From Mobula hypostoma (Eukaryota): DNA of 64,000 bases. Below, one piece after another: positions 61,916-64,000 of the stretch. Where the stretch lies: contig NC_086109.1 of the NCBI RefSeq assembly GCF_963921235.1, forward strand, positions 7,504,001 to 7,568,000, given 5' to 3'. Numbering within the stretch: position 1 is the first letter of the stretch; every line of letters starts with the position of its first letter. The translations under genes were made by a program, and so were the position numbers. The notes beneath the pieces are model-generated. The model was not told the DNA's origin, ran no database searches, and saw only the letters and a program-made list of their open reading frames with translations.

Positions 61916-63434
61916 ATGGCTAGGAAAGGATTAGAACGACGTGGGACTAGAGTTGACGTGCATCTTGGTCAGCATGGATTGGCTGTGTGAAGGTACTGTC
62001 TCCCTCAATGTGACTCTATGACTCCCTAAGACTATCGGTATTTAAATAGAAATTGGATAATTACATAAAACAAATGGGAATATAAGCGGTACTGGAAGGA
62101 TGAAGTAAGAATTCTAAATGAGGAATACAATCAGAATCAAATTTAATATCACTGACTTAAATTATGTGGAAATTTGTTGTTTTAAGGACAACAGCACAGT
62201 TCAAAGTTCAAAGTAAATTTTATTATCGAAGTACATATATGTCACCATATACAACCTTGAGATTCATTTTCTTGTGGGCATACTCAATAGATCTATAGAA
62301 TAATAACCGTAGCAGAATCAATGAAATATCACACCAACTAGGTAGTTCAACTGGAGCACAGAAGACAACAAACTGTGAAAATACAAAAAGAAGAAATAAT
62401 TGTAATAAATAAATAAACAATAAATATTGAGAACGTGAGATGAAGAGTCCTTGAAAGAGATAAAATTACTGTAAGCAAAATTGAGAAGAAATAATTGAGG
62501 TAATTTTTTGTGAGGAAGCATTTCAAACATTGCTTTCAGTTTTGATACAAGTGGTATCGTGGTCAACTGTAGATTTCTGCAGCATTCATGGACTCAGGGT
62601 CTGGACTATATATATCTTTTTACACAGTTGTATCTTACTGATACCTTATAGCTGCTTGCTATTTTGCATGGGTCTAGGCCACAAGCCTCAGTGTCACTTG
62701 TTTATAGCCACCAGGAGAGAGACATTGGAACCAGTGTGCTCCACTGGGGCCGGTGTGGCCTGGTGTCCAGGCTGGAATCAGTGCTGCCCCCCAGTGTTCA
62801 CTCGGCAGAAGGCAAGCTGTCTTGTGGTCAACCGCAGGTTTCTCCAGCATTCACGGCTCGGGTCTGGACTATTTTTGTGTGTGCGGCTGTATCTTACTGA
62901 TAACTTTATGCGATTGCTGTCTTGTATGTGCAATGCGTGCTTTGTGGTGTGTGTCCGTTGGTACTGTGTCTTGCATCTTGGCCCCGGAGTAAGGCTGTCT
63001 CGTTTGGTTGTATTCATGCATGGTTGAGGGACAATTAAACTTGGACTGAATTGGTCACCCTGACTAGGAAAGGTTCCATTGAGCTGGAAATAGTGCAGAG
63101 GAGATTTATAAGGATGTTGCTGTGACTCAAGGGAATGAGTTATTCTTATAAGAATAAAATAAATAATGCATAAAAGAAGAATTTCAAGGTAGCGTTTATG
63201 GGTTTGTGGCCTGTTCAGAAATCTGATGACGTGGAAAGATTTCCTGTTCCTGAGTCATTGAGTGAGGGTCTTCAGGCTCTTGTACCTGCTTCCAAACAAA
63301 AGCACCAGCTGCTTAGACTGAATCCTCCACTCCTTGGTTCTCCCACATTCCACGAACTGTGCTGATTTGTTTATGTACTTCAGAGATACAATGCAGAATA
63401 GGCTCTTCCAGTCCAATGAGCCACATTGCTCCAG

Positions 63435-63750
63435 ATCATCATCATTACGTGCCATGTTGTATGACGTGGGTGAACATAGCCTTTCCATGACTATGATTGT
63501 TCTTGGCAAATTTTTCTACAGAAGTGGTTTGCCATTGACTTCTTCTGGGCAATGGTGACCCCAGTCATTATCAATACTTTTCAGAGATTGTCTGCCTGGT
63601 GTCAGTGGTCACATAACCAGGAATTGTGATATGCACCAGCTGCTCGTATGACCATCCACCTCCTGCTCCCATGGCTTCACATGACCCTGATCAGGGGGCT
63701 AAGCAGGTGCTACAACTTGCCCAAGGGTGACCTGCAGGCTGGCAGAGACG
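63435..63750 (-). mobile_element. RTE-derived short element, same family as 7411-7930
   Basis: Reverse complement match CAGAAGTGGTTTGCCATTG...AAGGGTGACCTGCAGGCT. Confidence 0.8.
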
Positions 63751-64000
63751 TACCTCCACCATGCCACCCATCTAATCTAATCTCACCCAAAGGAAACCCA
63801 CGCGATCACGGGAAGGATATACAAACATCTTGCGGAGGACACCGGAACGGAACTCTGAACTCTGACACTCCGAGATGTAATAGCATTGTGACAACCACTA
63901 CACTATCATGGCGCCCCAATGCTAACCCTACGCTACCAGGTGCTGAAGGAAGAGAGGAATTTGGCTGGGACCATGACATATTATCTGGCAATAATTTGAG

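Overview
Eukaryotic, repeat-saturated vertebrate DNA. The repeat repertoire (V-SINE/HE1-type SINEs, several CR1 subfamilies, Rex1/Babar-type LINE tails, Penelope-like element tails) suggests a cartilaginous fish, probably a ray; this is an inference. Most of the window is nested, mostly dead transposon sequence: CR1, Rex1/Babar, RTE and RTE-derived non-autonomous families, Penelope-like elements (PLEs), an R4/Dong-type element, Tc1-derived non-autonomous elements, a hAT fragment and MITE, a TRIM-like LTR element and a solo LTR. No complete host gene is recognisable, and almost every ORF in the track is TE-derived or spurious. The small unique islands hold a plausible 105-nt exon (38748-38852), a microexon-like site (31449-31462), an RFX X-box plus CCAAT cluster (48074-48177) and TF-motif-dense patches, which fits a large intron or gene desert. 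The most notable observations are about nine minimal hammerhead-ribozyme motifs in PLE tails, a perfect 146-bp inverted repeat, a (TAA)n-flanked R4/Dong element, a minisatellite expanded from one TE motif, and a patchwork of local inverted duplications. I see no convincing evidence of a wholly new biological system; most items have precedent in other taxa. Family names come from motif recognition by eye, not database searches, and many boundaries are approximate.
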